64,000 bases of DNA from a plasmid, in sequence record NZ_CP020440.2; one strand, written 5' to 3'. Below are positions 1 through 11,383 of this stretch, piece by piece; positions within the stretch are counted from its first letter, which is position 1, and every line of letters starts with the position of its first letter. The translations under genes and the position numbers were made by a program. Under the pieces are notes generated by a model. It worked only from the letters and a program-made list of their open reading frames with translations. It had not been told where the DNA came from and searched no databases.

Positions 1-71
1 TGCGCGGGATCATGGTTCGGTTGTCGCGCAGGGAAATTGGGATCTCCGGCTGACGCAAGGCCGCACGGGCG

Positions 72-491
72 TCACCGCAGGCGCTTTGCCGCGCCCGCCG
101 GAATGATGACGACCTCTCCGTTCTGGATGTTGCGTTGCGCGACAAGGTGGTCGGCGAAATGCCGGACCTCGCCGATGCTGCCTTTCAGGATCGACACCTC
201 AAGACACTGATCCTGATCCAGATGCACATGCATGGAGGATATGGTCAGGTCGTGGTGGTCGTGATGCGTGGCCGTGACCTTGCGCGCGACCTCGCGCGCC
301 TGGTGGTCGTAGGTATAGACCACCGCCGCCACGCAGGGGGCATCGGGCGTCGCGTCCGCCCGCAGCCGCGCCAGACCGGCCCGCGTCAGGTCGCGGATCG
401 CCTCTGATCGGTTGGCATAGCCGCCATCGGCCATCAGCCGATCCAGTTCCGCCATCAGATCGTCGTCGAGGGTGACCGTGACCCGCTGCAT
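72..491 (-). CDS. nikR: Nickel-responsive transcriptional regulator NikR (ribbon-helix-helix N-terminus plus C-terminal metal-binding domain)
   Basis: The ORF 72..644 contains MQRVTVTLDDDLMAELDRLM (a RHH motif) and a His/Cys-rich C-terminal part. Start trimmed to the internal ATG (CAT at 489-491) to give a ~139 aa NikR-sized protein; divergent from nikA. Confidence 0.8.
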   Translation of the reverse strand: MQRVTVTLDDDLMAELDRLMADGGYANRSEAIRDLTRAGLARLRADATPDAPCVAAVVYTYDHQAREVARKVTATHHDHHDLTISSMHVHLDQDQCLEVSILKGSIGEVRHFADHLVAQRNIQNGEVVIIPAGAAKRLR

Positions 492-612
492 CGTCCCGCC
501 TCCTGCCCGGAAGCAGGCCTGTCGATCCTGCACCCGCCGCCCCTTCCCGCCAAACTGCCCGAGCGCCGGCCGGGAGGCAAGTGCTTGACTTGGTGCGCCA
601 TCCGCGCCGATA

Positions 613-640
613 GTATGCGAAATTTTCATATTCGTCATAC
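613..640. promoter_or_regulatory. Candidate NikR operator: GTATGC-N16-TCATAC inverted repeat 19 bp upstream of the nikA start
   Basis: Read directly: gtatgc gaaattttcatattcg tcatac. It matches the E. coli NikR box GTATGA-N16-TCATAC with one mismatch and exact 16-nt spacing, and sits in the nikR/nikA divergent intergenic region. Confidence 0.7.
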
Positions 641-658
641 CCAACCAAGGGCCTCCTC

Positions 659-2197
659 ATGACGGTGATCCGAACCGCCCTGGCAATCCTTCTGGCATCG
701 GCCGCCCTGGCCCATGCCAAGACGCCGGATCTGGTCCTGGCGATCGGCGGCGAGCCCGAGACCGGCTTCGATCCCCTGCTGGGGTGGGGCGGCTATGGCA
801 ACCCGCTGTTCCAGTCGACCCTGCTGAAGCGTGGGCTGGACCTGTCGACCCAGGCCGACCTGGCCACGGACTGGACATTGTCCCAGGACCGGCTGACCTG
901 GACGGTGACGATCCGCAGGGACGCAAAATTCTCGGACGGCACGCCCGTGACCGCCAGGGACGTGGCCTTCACCTTCAACACCGCCAAGACCTCGGCCGGG
1001 GCAGTGGACCTGCAGGTGATGACCGGGGCCGAGGCCATCGACGACGATACGGTCAGGATCACGCTGGAAAAGCCTTGGATCACCTTTGTCGAGGCGTTCT
1101 ATACGCTTGGTATCGTGCCGGCGGCATCCTACGGCCCGGACTACGGCCGCAATCCGGTGGGATCGGGCCCGTTCAGAATGGTGTCCTGGGCCGAGGGCGA
1201 ACAGCTGATCGTCGTCCCGAACGAAACCTATTACGGCCCCCCCTCGCCTTTCGGCCAGATCACCTTCCTTTTCACCGGCGAGGATGCCGGGCTGGCGGCG
1301 GCGAAGGCGGGCGTGGCGCAGATGGTCTCGGTCCCCGCGCAACTGGCCGACGCGATCCCGCCGGGGTTCCATGCCGTTCCGGTCAAGACCGTGGACAACC
1401 GGGGCCTGAGCCTGCCGTTCGGCCCGCCGGCCGAGGTTGACGGCCGGAGGGTCGGCAACGCCGTCACTGCGGATCCCGCGATCCGCCGCGCAATCAACCT
1501 TGGCCTTGACCGCGACCTGGTGGTCGAGGTGGCGCTGCATGGCCACGGCACCCCGGCCTTCGGTCCGGCGGACGGCTTGCCCTGGGCGGGCACGGACGAT
1601 TGCACCGCCTTTGACCTGGACGCGGCCAAGGCGGTGCTGGATCAGGCCGGCTGGGTGCCCGGCCCGGATGGCGTCCGCGTCCGGGACGGACTGCGCGCGA
1701 GCTTTCCGATCCACTATCCGTCCTCGGACGCGACCCGGCAGGCCCTGGCGGAAATCGTGGCCGAGCTGCTGCGCCCCCTGGGAATCGAGGCGATGCCGGT
1801 CGGCAGCAGCTGGGACGCCATCCAGCGGGTGATGCACGCCGAGCCGGTTGTGTTCGGATTCGGCAGCCATTCGCCCTATCAGCTTTACAGCCTGTTCGCC
1901 TCGCGCATGGCGGGGGTGAAATGGGCGAACCCGTCCTATTACAGCAACCCCCAGGTCGATGCGCTGTTCGAGAGGGCGCAGGCGGCGGACAGCCTCGAGG
2001 CCTCGTTCCCGCTGTGGTCGCAGGCAGCCGAGGCTTATGGGCTGAAGGGGGACAATGCCTGGGCCTGGCTGGTCAACCTGGATCATGTCTATCTGGTCAG
2101 CGACTGCCTGGACCTGGGCCAGACCCAGATCGAGCCGCATGGCCACGGCTGGCCGATCACCGCCTCGCTTGCGCAGTGGCGCTGGACCTGCGACTAG
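659..2197 (+). CDS. nikA: ABC transporter periplasmic substrate-binding protein, family 5 (nickel/oligopeptide type; NikA-like)
   Basis: 512 aa with a signal peptide (MTVIRTALAILLASAALAHA) and the SBP_bac_5 architecture. It is the first gene of a five-gene ABC operon next to nikR and its operator. Confidence 0.75.
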   Translation: MTVIRTALAILLASAALAHAKTPDLVLAIGGEPETGFDPLLGWGGYGNPLFQSTLLKRGLDLSTQADLATDWTLSQDRLTWTVTIRRDAKFSDGTPVTARDVAFTFNTAKTSAGAVDLQVMTGAEAIDDDTVRITLEKPWITFVEAFYTLGIVPAASYGPDYGRNPVGSGPFRMVSWAEGEQLIVVPNETYYGPPSPFGQITFLFTGEDAGLAAAKAGVAQMVSVPAQLADAIPPGFHAVPVKTVDNRGLSLPFGPPAEVDGRRVGNAVTADPAIRRAINLGLDRDLVVEVALHGHGTPAFGPADGLPWAGTDDCTAFDLDAAKAVLDQAGWVPGPDGVRVRDGLRASFPIHYPSSDATRQALAEIVAELLRPLGIEAMPVGSSWDAIQRVMHAEPVVFGFGSHSPYQLYSLFASRMAGVKWANPSYYSNPQVDALFERAQAADSLEASFPLWSQAAEAYGLKGDNAWAWLVNLDHVYLVSDCLDLGQTQIEPHGHGWPITASLAQWRWTCD

Positions 2198-3163
2198 GTG
2201 CGGCTGATGCGCACCCTTGTCCGGCAGGTGGCGCTGCTTGCGATGGTGTCTGTCGCGGTGTTCCTGCTGATGAAGGCGTCGCCCGTGGATCCGGTCGATG
2301 CCTATCTGGGGCCGGCCATGGCCCATGTCGGTCCCGATAAGCGGGCACAGATCGCGGCAAGCTGGGGGCTGGACCGGCCGGTGCATGAACAGTTTCTGGC
2401 CTGGGCGGGGCATGTGCTGAGGGGGGACCTGGGCTTCAGCACCACCTATAACGCGCCGGTGGCGCAGGTGATGGGCGACCGGATCGGCGCGTCCCTTGCG
2501 CTGACCGGGCTGGCCTGGCTGCTGTCGGGGGCATTCGGCTTTGCGCTGGGGCTTGTCGCGGCGGCGCGGGCGGGCGGCGCGCTGGACCGGACGATCCGGG
2601 TCTATTGCTATGTCCTGGCCGCGACGCCGACCTTCTGGCTCGCGATGCTGATGCTGACGGCGTTTTCCGTCCGGCTGGGCTGGACCCCGATCTGCTGCGC
2701 GGGCCCGGTTGGTGTGCCGCCCGACCAGATCGGGTTCTGGGACAGGCTGCATCACCTGATCCTGCCTCTGGCGGCGCTGACCCTGTTCGGCGTGGCGCAG
2801 ATCGCCCTGCACACCAGGGTCAAGATGATCGAGGTCCTGGCCTCGGACTATGTGCTGCTGGCGCGCGCGCAGGGGGCGGGCCGGCTGGACATCGTGGCTC
2901 GCCACGGCATCCGCAATGCGGGCCTGCCGGCGCTGACCGTGCTGATGGCCTCGACCGGAGAGATCTTTGGCGGCTCGATCCTGGCCGAGCAGGTCTTTGC
3001 CTGGCCGGGGCTTGGCCGCGCCACGGTCGAGGCGGGCATGAAGGGCGACGTGCCCCTGCTGACCGCCATCGCCCTGCTGACGGCGCTGATCGTGTCATCG
3101 GCCAACAGGGTCGCCGATCGCATCTATCCCGTGCTCGACCCCCGGATGCGGGGAGCGACATGA
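2198..3163 (+). CDS. nikB: ABC transporter permease (NikB/DppB family)
   Basis: 321 aa polytopic membrane protein of the DppB/NikB type, immediately downstream of the SBP gene. Confidence 0.8.
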   Translation: MRLMRTLVRQVALLAMVSVAVFLLMKASPVDPVDAYLGPAMAHVGPDKRAQIAASWGLDRPVHEQFLAWAGHVLRGDLGFSTTYNAPVAQVMGDRIGASLALTGLAWLLSGAFGFALGLVAAARAGGALDRTIRVYCYVLAATPTFWLAMLMLTAFSVRLGWTPICCAGPVGVPPDQIGFWDRLHHLILPLAALTLFGVAQIALHTRVKMIEVLASDYVLLARAQGAGRLDIVARHGIRNAGLPALTVLMASTGEIFGGSILAEQVFAWPGLGRATVEAGMKGDVPLLTAIALLTALIVSSANRVADRIYPVLDPRMRGAT

Positions 3164-3972
3164 CCGGGCGCGTCCGGGCGCTGGTCCTGGGGGCGCTGTC
3201 GGCATCGCTGATCGCGGCCGTCCTTCTGTCGGCGGCGGCCTTGGGCGAGACCGGCATCCGCGCCGATTTCGCCGCGCGCAGCCTGCCCCCGGGGCCGGGT
3301 CACGTCTTCGGCACCGATCAGATGGGGCGCGACATGCTGGCGCGGTCGCTGCATGGGCTGGTGCTCAGCCTGCGGGTCGGGCTGATCGCGGCAGGACTTT
3401 CCGTGCTGCTGGCGACGCTGATCGCCATGGCCTCGGGCCTGGGGCGCCGGGCCGACCAGGCGGCGGGCTTCGTCACCGACGCGATGCTGGCCATGCCGCA
3501 CCTGATGCTGCTGATCCTGCTGTCCTTCGCTCTCGGCGGCGGCACGGGCGCCGTCATCGTCGCGGTGGCGATCAGCCACTGGCCGCGGCTGGCCCGCATC
3601 CTGCGCGCCGAACTGCTGCAGGTGCAGGCCGCGCCCTATGTCGAGACCTCGCGCGCGCTTGGCCGGTCGCGGGCCTTTGCGATCCGGCACCACATCCTGC
3701 CGCATATGGCGCCGCAGATGCTGGTGGGGTTCCTGCTGATGTTTCCGCACGCCATCCTGCACGAGGCCGGGCTGACCTTCCTGGGCTTCGGGCTGGAACC
3801 GTCGCGCCCTGCCATCGGCGTCATGCTGTCCGAGGCGATGCGCCAGATCAGCGCCGGCCGCTGGTGGCTTGCGCTGTTTCCCGGCCTGATGCTGCTGGCC
3901 ATGGTCCTGACCTTCGAGGCCCTGGGCAGCAGCCTGCGCCGCCTGACCTTCCCGCGCGAGGCGCAATGCTGA
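3160..3972 (+). CDS. nikC: ABC transporter permease (NikC/DppC family)
   Basis: Internal ATG at 3160 (MTGRVRALVLG...) overlaps the nikB stop (ATGA). About 270 aa membrane protein. Confidence 0.8.
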   Translation: MTGRVRALVLGALSASLIAAVLLSAAALGETGIRADFAARSLPPGPGHVFGTDQMGRDMLARSLHGLVLSLRVGLIAAGLSVLLATLIAMASGLGRRADQAAGFVTDAMLAMPHLMLLILLSFALGGGTGAVIVAVAISHWPRLARILRAELLQVQAAPYVETSRALGRSRAFAIRHHILPHMAPQMLVGFLLMFPHAILHEAGLTFLGFGLEPSRPAIGVMLSEAMRQISAGRWWLALFPGLMLLAMVLTFEALGSSLRRLTFPREAQC

Positions 3973-4742
3973 CGATCCGCGACCTGTCCATCGGCTTTCG
4001 CCGCTACCTTGGCCTGTTCCGGCAGGATGAGGTGACGCGCCTGTCCAATGTGACGCTGGATCTGGCGGCGGGCGAGGTGCTGGCCGTCATCGGCGGGTCC
4101 GGGGCCGGCAAAAGCCTGCTGGCCCATGCGGTCCTGGGGCTGCAGCCGCCGAATGCCATCCTGCGCGGCGCCATGACGTTTCACGGACAATCGCTGATCG
4201 GTGCCTATCCAGCCGGCCTGCGCGGCCGCAGGATCGCGCTGATGCCGCAGCAGGTCAGCCATCTTGACCCGCTGGCCCGCGTCGAACGGCAGATCGCCTG
4301 GGCCGCCCGGCGCGCGGGCGGGCGGGCTCAGGCCGCCGGACAACTGGCCACGCTGGGCCTGGCGCCGGGCACGGGGCGGATGTTTCCGAACCAGCTGTCC
4401 GGGGGCATGGCGCGCCGGGTGCTGATGGCCACGGCGACCGGGGGCACGCCGGACCTGCTGATCGCGGATGAGCCGACCTCCGGGCTGGACCTCGAATGCC
4501 GCGACCGGGTGCTGCGCCTGCTGCGCGACCGGGCGACGGCCGGGGCCGCGGTCCTGCTGATCACCCACGACCTGCACGCCGCGCTGCCCTTTGCCGACCG
4601 CGTGGCGATCCTTGACGAAGGCCGCCTGTGCGGGGTCGAGGCTGCGCGGGACTTTCACGGCGACGGCACGGCGCTGACCGCTGCGCATGCCCGGCTGCTG
4701 TGGCGGGCGCTGCCGGAAAACGGGTTCCGGGTCGATGCTTGA
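3966..4742 (+). CDS. nikD: ABC transporter ATP-binding protein (NikD-like)
   Basis: Walker A GGSGAGKS and signature LSGGMARR. Start at MLTIRDLSI (ATG 3966). Confidence 0.8.
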   Translation: MLTIRDLSIGFRRYLGLFRQDEVTRLSNVTLDLAAGEVLAVIGGSGAGKSLLAHAVLGLQPPNAILRGAMTFHGQSLIGAYPAGLRGRRIALMPQQVSHLDPLARVERQIAWAARRAGGRAQAAGQLATLGLAPGTGRMFPNQLSGGMARRVLMATATGGTPDLLIADEPTSGLDLECRDRVLRLLRDRATAGAAVLLITHDLHAALPFADRVAILDEGRLCGVEAARDFHGDGTALTAAHARLLWRALPENGFRVDA

Positions 4743-5328
4743 GGCGCGCAACCTTGCCGCCGGCTTCGGGACGATCCCGCTGTTCCAAAACGTTTCGCTG
4801 CGGCTCGAGGCGGGCCGCATCCTTGGCCTGCGGGGGCGCTCGGGGGCAGGCAAGACCACATTGGGCCGCGTGCTTGCCGGGCTGCATCCCCCGATGGCAG
4901 GCGAGGTTTTGCTGGACGGATCGCCGCTTTTGCCCAAGGGGGTACGCCCGGTTCAATACCTGCACCAGAACCCGCTGCTTGCCATGAACCCGCGCTGGCG
5001 CATCGGCCGCATCCTGGCCGAGGCCGGACGGCCCGACCCGCATCTGGCCAGGGCCTGCGGGATCAAGCCGGACTGGCTGTCGCGCTATCCGCACGAACTG
5101 TCGGGCGGCCAGGTGCAACGGATCTCGATCCTGCGGGCGCTGACGGTCCGCCCGCGCTATCTGGTCGCGGATGAAATCACCGCGCCCTTGGACCCGGCAT
5201 CGCAGGCGCGGCTTTGGCATGCGCTTTGCGACATCGCCTCGGCCCGGAGGATCGGCGTGCTTGCCATCAGCCACGACCAGGCGTTGCTGGACCGGATCTG
5301 CTGCCTGGGCCAGATGCAGGTGTCGTGA
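4735..5328 (+). CDS. nikE: ABC transporter ATP-binding protein (NikE-like)
   Basis: Walker A GRSGAGKTT and LSGGQVQRISI. Start at MLEARNL (ATG 4735) overlapping the nikD stop. Confidence 0.8.
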   Translation: MLEARNLAAGFGTIPLFQNVSLRLEAGRILGLRGRSGAGKTTLGRVLAGLHPPMAGEVLLDGSPLLPKGVRPVQYLHQNPLLAMNPRWRIGRILAEAGRPDPHLARACGIKPDWLSRYPHELSGGQVQRISILRALTVRPRYLVADEITAPLDPASQARLWHALCDIASARRIGVLAISHDQALLDRICCLGQMQVS

Positions 5329-5341
5329 CGCCCTTGGCACT

Positions 5342-6029
5342 TCAGGACTGGAACAGCCGGCTGTACTGGACTTCGTGCCAGGCGCTGACCATGGCAAGCG
5401 AGGATGCCACGTTGCCGATCTCGTCGTCGCCAAGCGTTCGGGAAACCGCTGCGGCCGCCGGAATGACTTCCGCCGCCGCGATCAGGATGCGCTGCGCGGC
5501 CGTCTGGCCCAGGGGGATAAGACGCGTCGCCGCGGCAACCTGACCCTCGGCATAGGTCCACAGCAGTCCCTCCAGCGCCTGGTGCGGCGGGACATGCCAG
5601 TGGTCGGCGGCAATGGCGAAGGCGCCCGCGAAAGACAGCTCGTCGGGCATTGTGCGGGCCGCTTCGACGTTTAGCCCGCGCAAAAGCGCCACCAGCGCCG
5701 CGCCCAGCCGCCGGTCCTCCCGCTGGAACTCTGCGCTTTCCCGCCCTGCCGCCAGCCAGGCGTCAAGCCCAAGCAGGGCGTCATGGTCCCCGGCTTGCAG
5801 CGCAAGGCACATGCGCCAGAAAAGGGCGCCGTCGAACCGGGCGAAGCTGGATTGCAGGATGCCCAGAATCCAGTCGCGGGCGTCCGCCTCGTCCTTGATC
5901 CAGCCGGCATGGACCGCGCCTTCCAGCCCGCGCGAATAGGAAAAGGCGCCGACCGGCAACCCTTGGCTGACCAGACGCAGCAGGTGCAGCGGCACCCCGG
6001 CCGAGGCGTCGTCCGCGCCGCCTGCGGCC

Positions 6030-6037
<8 letters not shown>
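5342..6037 (-). CDS. ureF: Urease accessory protein UreF
   Basis: 231 aa. [16 protein letters not shown] near the N-terminus and the C-terminal ...[11 protein letters not shown] are typical UreF. Confidence 0.85.
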
Positions 6038-6680
<643 letters not shown>

Positions 6681-6695
6681 CGGCTCTCCCCCGGC

Positions 6696-7196
6696 CTAGC
6701 CGGCATGATGGTGGTGGTCATGATGATGGTGATGATGGGCCGGGGCCGCCTGGCCGCCGTCCGCATAGGCGCCCCGCAGCGGGCTGAAGGCGGTGGTCAC
6801 CTCGCGCACGCTGGCGCCCAGCCCTTCCAGCATCGCGCGGATCACATGGTCGCGCAGGATCAGGATGCGGTCTTCCGAAACTGCCGCCGGAAGATGCCGA
6901 TTGCCTATATGCCAGGCAATCTCGACCAGGTGGCGGGTGTCGCGCGCGGTGATTTCGTAAAGATCCTCCTCGGCCGCCTCGACCGGAACGACCGATCCGC
7001 CTTCCAGGACCAGCCCGTCGCCATGGTTCAGCACCACCGTATGCGGCAGGTCGACCAGCAGGCGCGTGCCGTCGGTCAGCGTGACGACCTTGCGGCGCAG
7101 GTGGCGGTCGTCATGGCGCAGCAACGCCCTGCCTGCGCCGGACGCACCGGCGGCCATCGTCTCGGGCGGCCGGCACACGGATATCGCACGCAACAT
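6696..7196 (-). CDS. ureE: Urease accessory metallochaperone UreE (His-rich C-terminus)
   Basis: 166 aa. UreE core (VTLTDGTRLLVDLP ... AWHIGNRH) and a C-terminal HHHHHHDHHHH nickel-binding tail. Confidence 0.85.
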   Translation of the reverse strand: MLRAISVCRPPETMAAGASGAGRALLRHDDRHLRRKVVTLTDGTRLLVDLPHTVVLNHGDGLVLEGGSVVPVEAAEEDLYEITARDTRHLVEIAWHIGNRHLPAAVSEDRILILRDHVIRAMLEGLGASVREVTTAFSPLRGAYADGGQAAPAHHHHHHDHHHHAG

Positions 7197-7352
7197 CGTC
7201 TTCTCTCCTGCTCGAAAGACATCAGGTTCTGCCCGGAACCGTGCAGCCCCAAGGAATGGCGCGTTCCCGCATGCACGTCAAGTTCGTTCATCTATGGATT
7301 TTCCTTGCATAATTCCGGTCGCAGGTATTTCGTCCGCGCAGGAGATCTGACC

Positions 7353-8255
7353 ATGGCCGAAGCAGCCGCATCACCCACGCACGCGGAATCGACCGGGTTC
7401 TGTTTCCGCGCCAAGGCGCCCTCGTCCGCCGCGGACAAGGGTTGGCTTGGCAAGCTCGACATGCGGTTCGCGCCCCTTGCCGGCAAGACAAGGCTGGTCA
7501 GCCGCAGCCATGTCGGCCCCCTTGTCGTGCAGCGCCCCTTCCACCCCGAGACGGACGGCACGACGCATGTCTATGTGCTGCATCCCCCTGGCGGCGTCGC
7601 GGGCGGCGACCGGCTGGAACTGACCTGCGTGCTGGACGCCGGTGCCCGTACCCTGCTGACCACCCCCGGCGCCGGCAAGATCTATCGCACCGCAGGCGGG
7701 CCGGGCCGGATGACGACCGAGATCGAGGTCGGACCCGGCGCCGTCTGCGAATACCTGCCGCAGGAAACCATCCTGTTCGACGGCGCCGACGCGCGGATCG
7801 AAACCCGCGTCCGCCTGGCCCGGGACGCCACCTATCTGGGCTGGGATTTCCTGTGCCTGGGCCGGCCCGCCGCCGGAGAGGGCTTTGGCAAGGGCGCGGT
7901 CCGCCAGCGCGTCGAGGTGATCCGCGCCGGGCGGCCGATCTGGTATGAAAGGCTGGATCTGCCCGCCGGCTCACCCCATCTGCAGGCGCGGTTTTCCCTG
8001 GCCGGGCAGCCCATCGTCGCGACGATGGTCTATGCGGGGCCGATGCTTGAAGGAACCGACGAGCGGATCCGCGCGGAGGCTGGCGAGGACGCGCGGGGCG
8101 TCTTTTCGGTCAGCCAGCTCGAAGACGTCGTCGTATGTCGCTATCTTGGCGCCAGCATGACGCAGGCCAAGACACTTTTCGGCCGCGCCTGGCAGGTGCT
8201 GCGGGCCGGTCCCATGGGAAAGCGGGCCGTGGCCCCGCGTATCTGGGCAACCTGA
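7353..8255 (+). CDS. ureD: Urease accessory protein UreD (UreH)
   Basis: Internal start MAEAAASP (ATG 7353) inside the long ORF 6456..8255. About 300 aa UreD-like protein ([14 protein letters not shown] motif) immediately upstream of ureABC. Confidence 0.8.
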   Translation: MAEAAASPTHAESTGFCFRAKAPSSAADKGWLGKLDMRFAPLAGKTRLVSRSHVGPLVVQRPFHPETDGTTHVYVLHPPGGVAGGDRLELTCVLDAGARTLLTTPGAGKIYRTAGGPGRMTTEIEVGPGAVCEYLPQETILFDGADARIETRVRLARDATYLGWDFLCLGRPAAGEGFGKGAVRQRVEVIRAGRPIWYERLDLPAGSPHLQARFSLAGQPIVATMVYAGPMLEGTDERIRAEAGEDARGVFSVSQLEDVVVCRYLGASMTQAKTLFGRAWQVLRAGPMGKRAVAPRIWAT

Positions 8256-8265
8256 GGAGAGATGG

Positions 8266-8568
8266 ATGGAACTGCTGCCGCGCGAAAAGGACAAGCTCCT
8301 GCTGTTCACGGCGGCCCTCCTGGCGGAGCGCCGCAAGGAAAGGGGCCTGAAGCTGAACTACCCCGAAGCCGTCGCCTATATCTCGGCCGCCATCCTGGAG
8401 GGCGCGCGCGAGGGCCGGACGGTCGCGGACCTGATGTCCTATGGCGCGACCCTGCTGACGCGGGACGATGTCATGGAGGGCGTGCCCGAGATGATCTACG
8501 ACGTTCAGGTCGAGGCGACATTCCCCGACGGCACCAAGCTTGTCACCGTCCACCACCCCATTCCCTAA
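8266..8568 (+). CDS. ureA: Urease gamma subunit
   Basis: 100 aa [37 protein letters not shown]..., canonical UreA. Confidence 0.95.
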   Translation: MELLPREKDKLLLFTAALLAERRKERGLKLNYPEAVAYISAAILEGAREGRTVADLMSYGATLLTRDDVMEGVPEMIYDVQVEATFPDGTKLVTVHHPIP

Positions 8569-8577
8569 GGCACGACC

Positions 8578-8883
8578 ATGATCCCTGGCGAATATTTCCT
8601 GTCGGACGACGAGATCGAGATCAACGCCGGACGCGACACCGTCACCCTCGAGGTGAAGAACTCCGGCGACCGCCCGGTGCAGGTCGGCTCTCACTACCAC
8701 TTCTTCGAGGTGAACGACGCGCTCGTCTTCGACCGGGACAAGGCGCGGGGCTTTCGCCTGAACATTCCGGCGGGAACCGCCGTCCGCTTCGAGCCGGGGC
8801 AGGACCGGGTCGTCGAACTGGTGGCCACTGGCGGCGCGCGCGAGATCCACGGGTTCCGCGGCCTGGTCATGGGCAAGCTTTGA
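8578..8883 (+). CDS. ureB: Urease beta subunit
   Basis: 101 aa [19 protein letters not shown]..., canonical UreB. Confidence 0.95.
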   Translation: MIPGEYFLSDDEIEINAGRDTVTLEVKNSGDRPVQVGSHYHFFEVNDALVFDRDKARGFRLNIPAGTAVRFEPGQDRVVELVATGGAREIHGFRGLVMGKL

Positions 8884-8896
8884 GGAAATTTCAGAC

Positions 8897-10600
8897 ATGG
8901 TGACCATTTCCCGATCCACCTATGCCGACCTTTATGGCCCGACCACGGGCGACCGCATCCGCCTGGCCGACACGGACCTGATCATCGAGATCGAGGAGGA
9001 TTACGCCATCCGCGGCGAGGAGGTGACCTTTGGCGGCGGCAAGGTCATCCGCGACGGGATGGGGCAGTCGCAGCGCGTTTCGGCCGAGACCGCCGATGTC
9101 GTCATCACCAATGCGGTGATCCTGGACCATTGGGGCATCGTCAAGGCGGACGTCGGCATCAAGGACGGCCGCATTTCGGGCATCGGCAAGGCCGGCAACC
9201 CCGATATCCAGCCGGGCGTGACCATCGTCATCGGCCCCGGCACCGACATCATCGCGGGCGAGGGCGCGATCCTGACGCCGGGCGGCATTGACAGCCATAT
9301 CCACTTCATCTGCCCGCAACAGGCCGAGGAGGCGCTGGCCAGCGGCACCACGACGCTGGTGGGCGGCGGCGCCGGGCCGACCGTCGGCACCCTTGCAACG
9401 ACCGTGACCGCCGGTCCCTGGGCCATGCACCGGATGCTCGAGGCCGCCGACGCGCTGCCGGTCAACATCGGCCTGCTGGGCAAGGGCAACGCCAGCCGGC
9501 CCGAGGGTCTGCGCGAACAGGTCCGCGCCGGCGCCTGCGGGCTGAAGCTGCACGAGGACTGGGGCACCACCCCCGCCGCCATCGACACCTGCCTGACCGT
9601 CGCCGACGAGATGGACTTCCAGGTCGCGATCCATACCGACACGCTGAACGAAAGCGGCTTCGTGCGCGACACCATCGCGGCGATGAAGGGCCGCACGATC
9701 CACAGCTTCCACACCGAGGGCGCGGGCGGCGGTCACGCGCCCGACATCATCACCGCGGCGGGCGAGGAGAACATCCTGCCCTCGTCGACCAACCCGACGC
9801 GGCCCTACACCGTCAACACGGTGGACGAGCATCTCGACATGCTGATGGTCTGCCACCATCTCAGCCCCAGCATCCCCGAGGACGTGGCCTTCGCCGAAAG
9901 CCGCATCCGCAAGGAAACCATCGCGGCCGAGGACATCCTGCACGACCTTGGCGTCTTTTCGATGATGTCGTCGGACAGCCAGGCGATGGGGCGCATCGGC
10001 GAAACCACGCTGCGCTGCTGGCAGACCGCCCACAAGATGAAGGTCCAGCGCGGCCCCCTGCCCGAGGACAGCACCCGGAACGACAATTTCCGCGCCAGAC
10101 GCTATGTCGCGAAATACACGATCAACCCGGCGATCACCCACGGCTTTGCCCATGAGATCGGCTCGATCGCCGTCGGCAAGCGGGCGGATCTGGTGCTTTG
10201 GAAACCGGCCTTCTTTGGCGTCAAGCCAAAGCTGGTGATCGTCGGCGGCATGATCGCGATGGCGCCGATGGGCGATCCCAACGCCTCGATCTCGACCCCG
10301 CAGCCGGTGCATTACCGGCCGATGTACGGCCTTTACGGACGGGCGCTGGCCTCGACGGGCGTGACCTTTGTGTCGCAGGCGGCGCTGGACGACGGGATCG
10401 GCGACAAGCTGAAGCTTGCCAAGGCGCTGTCGGCGGTGCGCGGCACGCGCAGCGTGAAGAAAAAGGACATGATCCACAACGGCTTGACTCCAAAGCTTGA
10501 AGTCGATCCCCAGACCTACCAGGTGCGGGTGAATGGCGAGATCATCACCTGCGAGCCTGCGGAAAGCCTGCCGATGGCGCAGCGCTATTTCCTGTTCTGA
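8897..10600 (+). CDS. ureC: Urease alpha subunit (nickel-dependent amidohydrolase)
   Basis: 567 aa with the urease alpha signature regions ([29 protein letters not shown]). Confidence 0.95.
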   Translation: MVTISRSTYADLYGPTTGDRIRLADTDLIIEIEEDYAIRGEEVTFGGGKVIRDGMGQSQRVSAETADVVITNAVILDHWGIVKADVGIKDGRISGIGKAGNPDIQPGVTIVIGPGTDIIAGEGAILTPGGIDSHIHFICPQQAEEALASGTTTLVGGGAGPTVGTLATTVTAGPWAMHRMLEAADALPVNIGLLGKGNASRPEGLREQVRAGACGLKLHEDWGTTPAAIDTCLTVADEMDFQVAIHTDTLNESGFVRDTIAAMKGRTIHSFHTEGAGGGHAPDIITAAGEENILPSSTNPTRPYTVNTVDEHLDMLMVCHHLSPSIPEDVAFAESRIRKETIAAEDILHDLGVFSMMSSDSQAMGRIGETTLRCWQTAHKMKVQRGPLPEDSTRNDNFRARRYVAKYTINPAITHGFAHEIGSIAVGKRADLVLWKPAFFGVKPKLVIVGGMIAMAPMGDPNASISTPQPVHYRPMYGLYGRALASTGVTFVSQAALDDGIGDKLKLAKALSAVRGTRSVKKKDMIHNGLTPKLEVDPQTYQVRVNGEIITCEPAESLPMAQRYFLF

Positions 10601-10672
10601 CCGACAGAGGCAGTCTGCGCCGACGGCACCGGCCGGTACCTGTGCCGTTGGCACATTCCAGCCTCTCCCGCC

Positions 10673-11383
10673 CTACGCAGGCGCGATCACCTGCTGCAGG
10701 ATGTCCAGCGTCTCCATCGTGTCGCTCTTGGCCCGGGCAAGGTTCTCCCTTGCCCGTCCGCTCAGCGCGGAAGTCAGCCGAGCCGGCGGAATGAACCTTT
10801 TATAGTCAGACTTGGTCCGGGGCACGGGACCGCTCGACCGCAGCCCGAGTGCCTCGAGGAACGCGGGAAGGTCGGCATCAAGATGCTGGGTCCGCAGCAG
10901 ATGCGTGCGGTCCGGCGGCAGCCTTCGCGCTAGCGCCGGCGGAAGGTACCATCCCAGGTCCATCTGCATGTGCAGCTTGCTGGCATGCAGCGCAAGCTCG
11001 GCCATCTCGCGCCTTTTCGGATCGGTGTCGCTCAGGGCCTCGGCCACGTCGTTCGCCGTCCTGAACATGTTGAAGATCCGTTGCCAGACCCCGTTCTTGG
11101 CCTTCTTTTCAGGCCTTGTCAGAACCTTGCTGTAAAGGTCCCATTCAAAGGCAGAGATGAAGCGGCTGCAGGGATCGCGAAGGGGAATCAGGAACGCGTC
11201 CCTTTCTTCCTGCCGTAATATCACGTCGTGAATGTCTCTGTCCGCGGTTCCGACATGGTATGCGGTGAATTTCAGACGTTGGTCGGACAACACCTTGATG
11301 ACCGTCTCGCCCCCGCACTTTCCGACATGAAGGAAGTGGTAATGGAGCCGGGGACCCTGTGCGGCGCGGCTAGGTTCAATCAT
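10673..11383 (-). CDS. Sulfotransferase-family protein (PAPS-binding 5'-PSB-like motif HVGKCGGET); orphan gene in a lower-GC stretch
   Basis: 236 aa. The N-terminal HYHFLHVGKCGGETV resembles the sulfotransferase HxPKTGGTS P-loop-like motif. GC is lower than the flanks, and the gene is convergent with ureC. Confidence 0.55.
   Translation of the reverse strand: MIEPSRAAQGPRLHYHFLHVGKCGGETVIKVLSDQRLKFTAYHVGTADRDIHDVILRQEERDAFLIPLRDPCSRFISAFEWDLYSKVLTRPEKKAKNGVWQRIFNMFRTANDVAEALSDTDPKRREMAELALHASKLHMQMDLGWYLPPALARRLPPDRTHLLRTQHLDADLPAFLEALGLRSSGPVPRTKSDYKRFIPPARLTSALSGRARENLARAKSDTMETLDILQQVIAPA

Noticed and set aside
7285-7310. Possible sigma-54 (-24/-12) promoter TGGattttccTTGCA upstream of ureD
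   Set aside because: The GG-to-GC spacing is one nucleotide short of the TGGCAC-N5-TTGCW consensus, and there are no upstream NtrC-like sites that I could recognise; not called.
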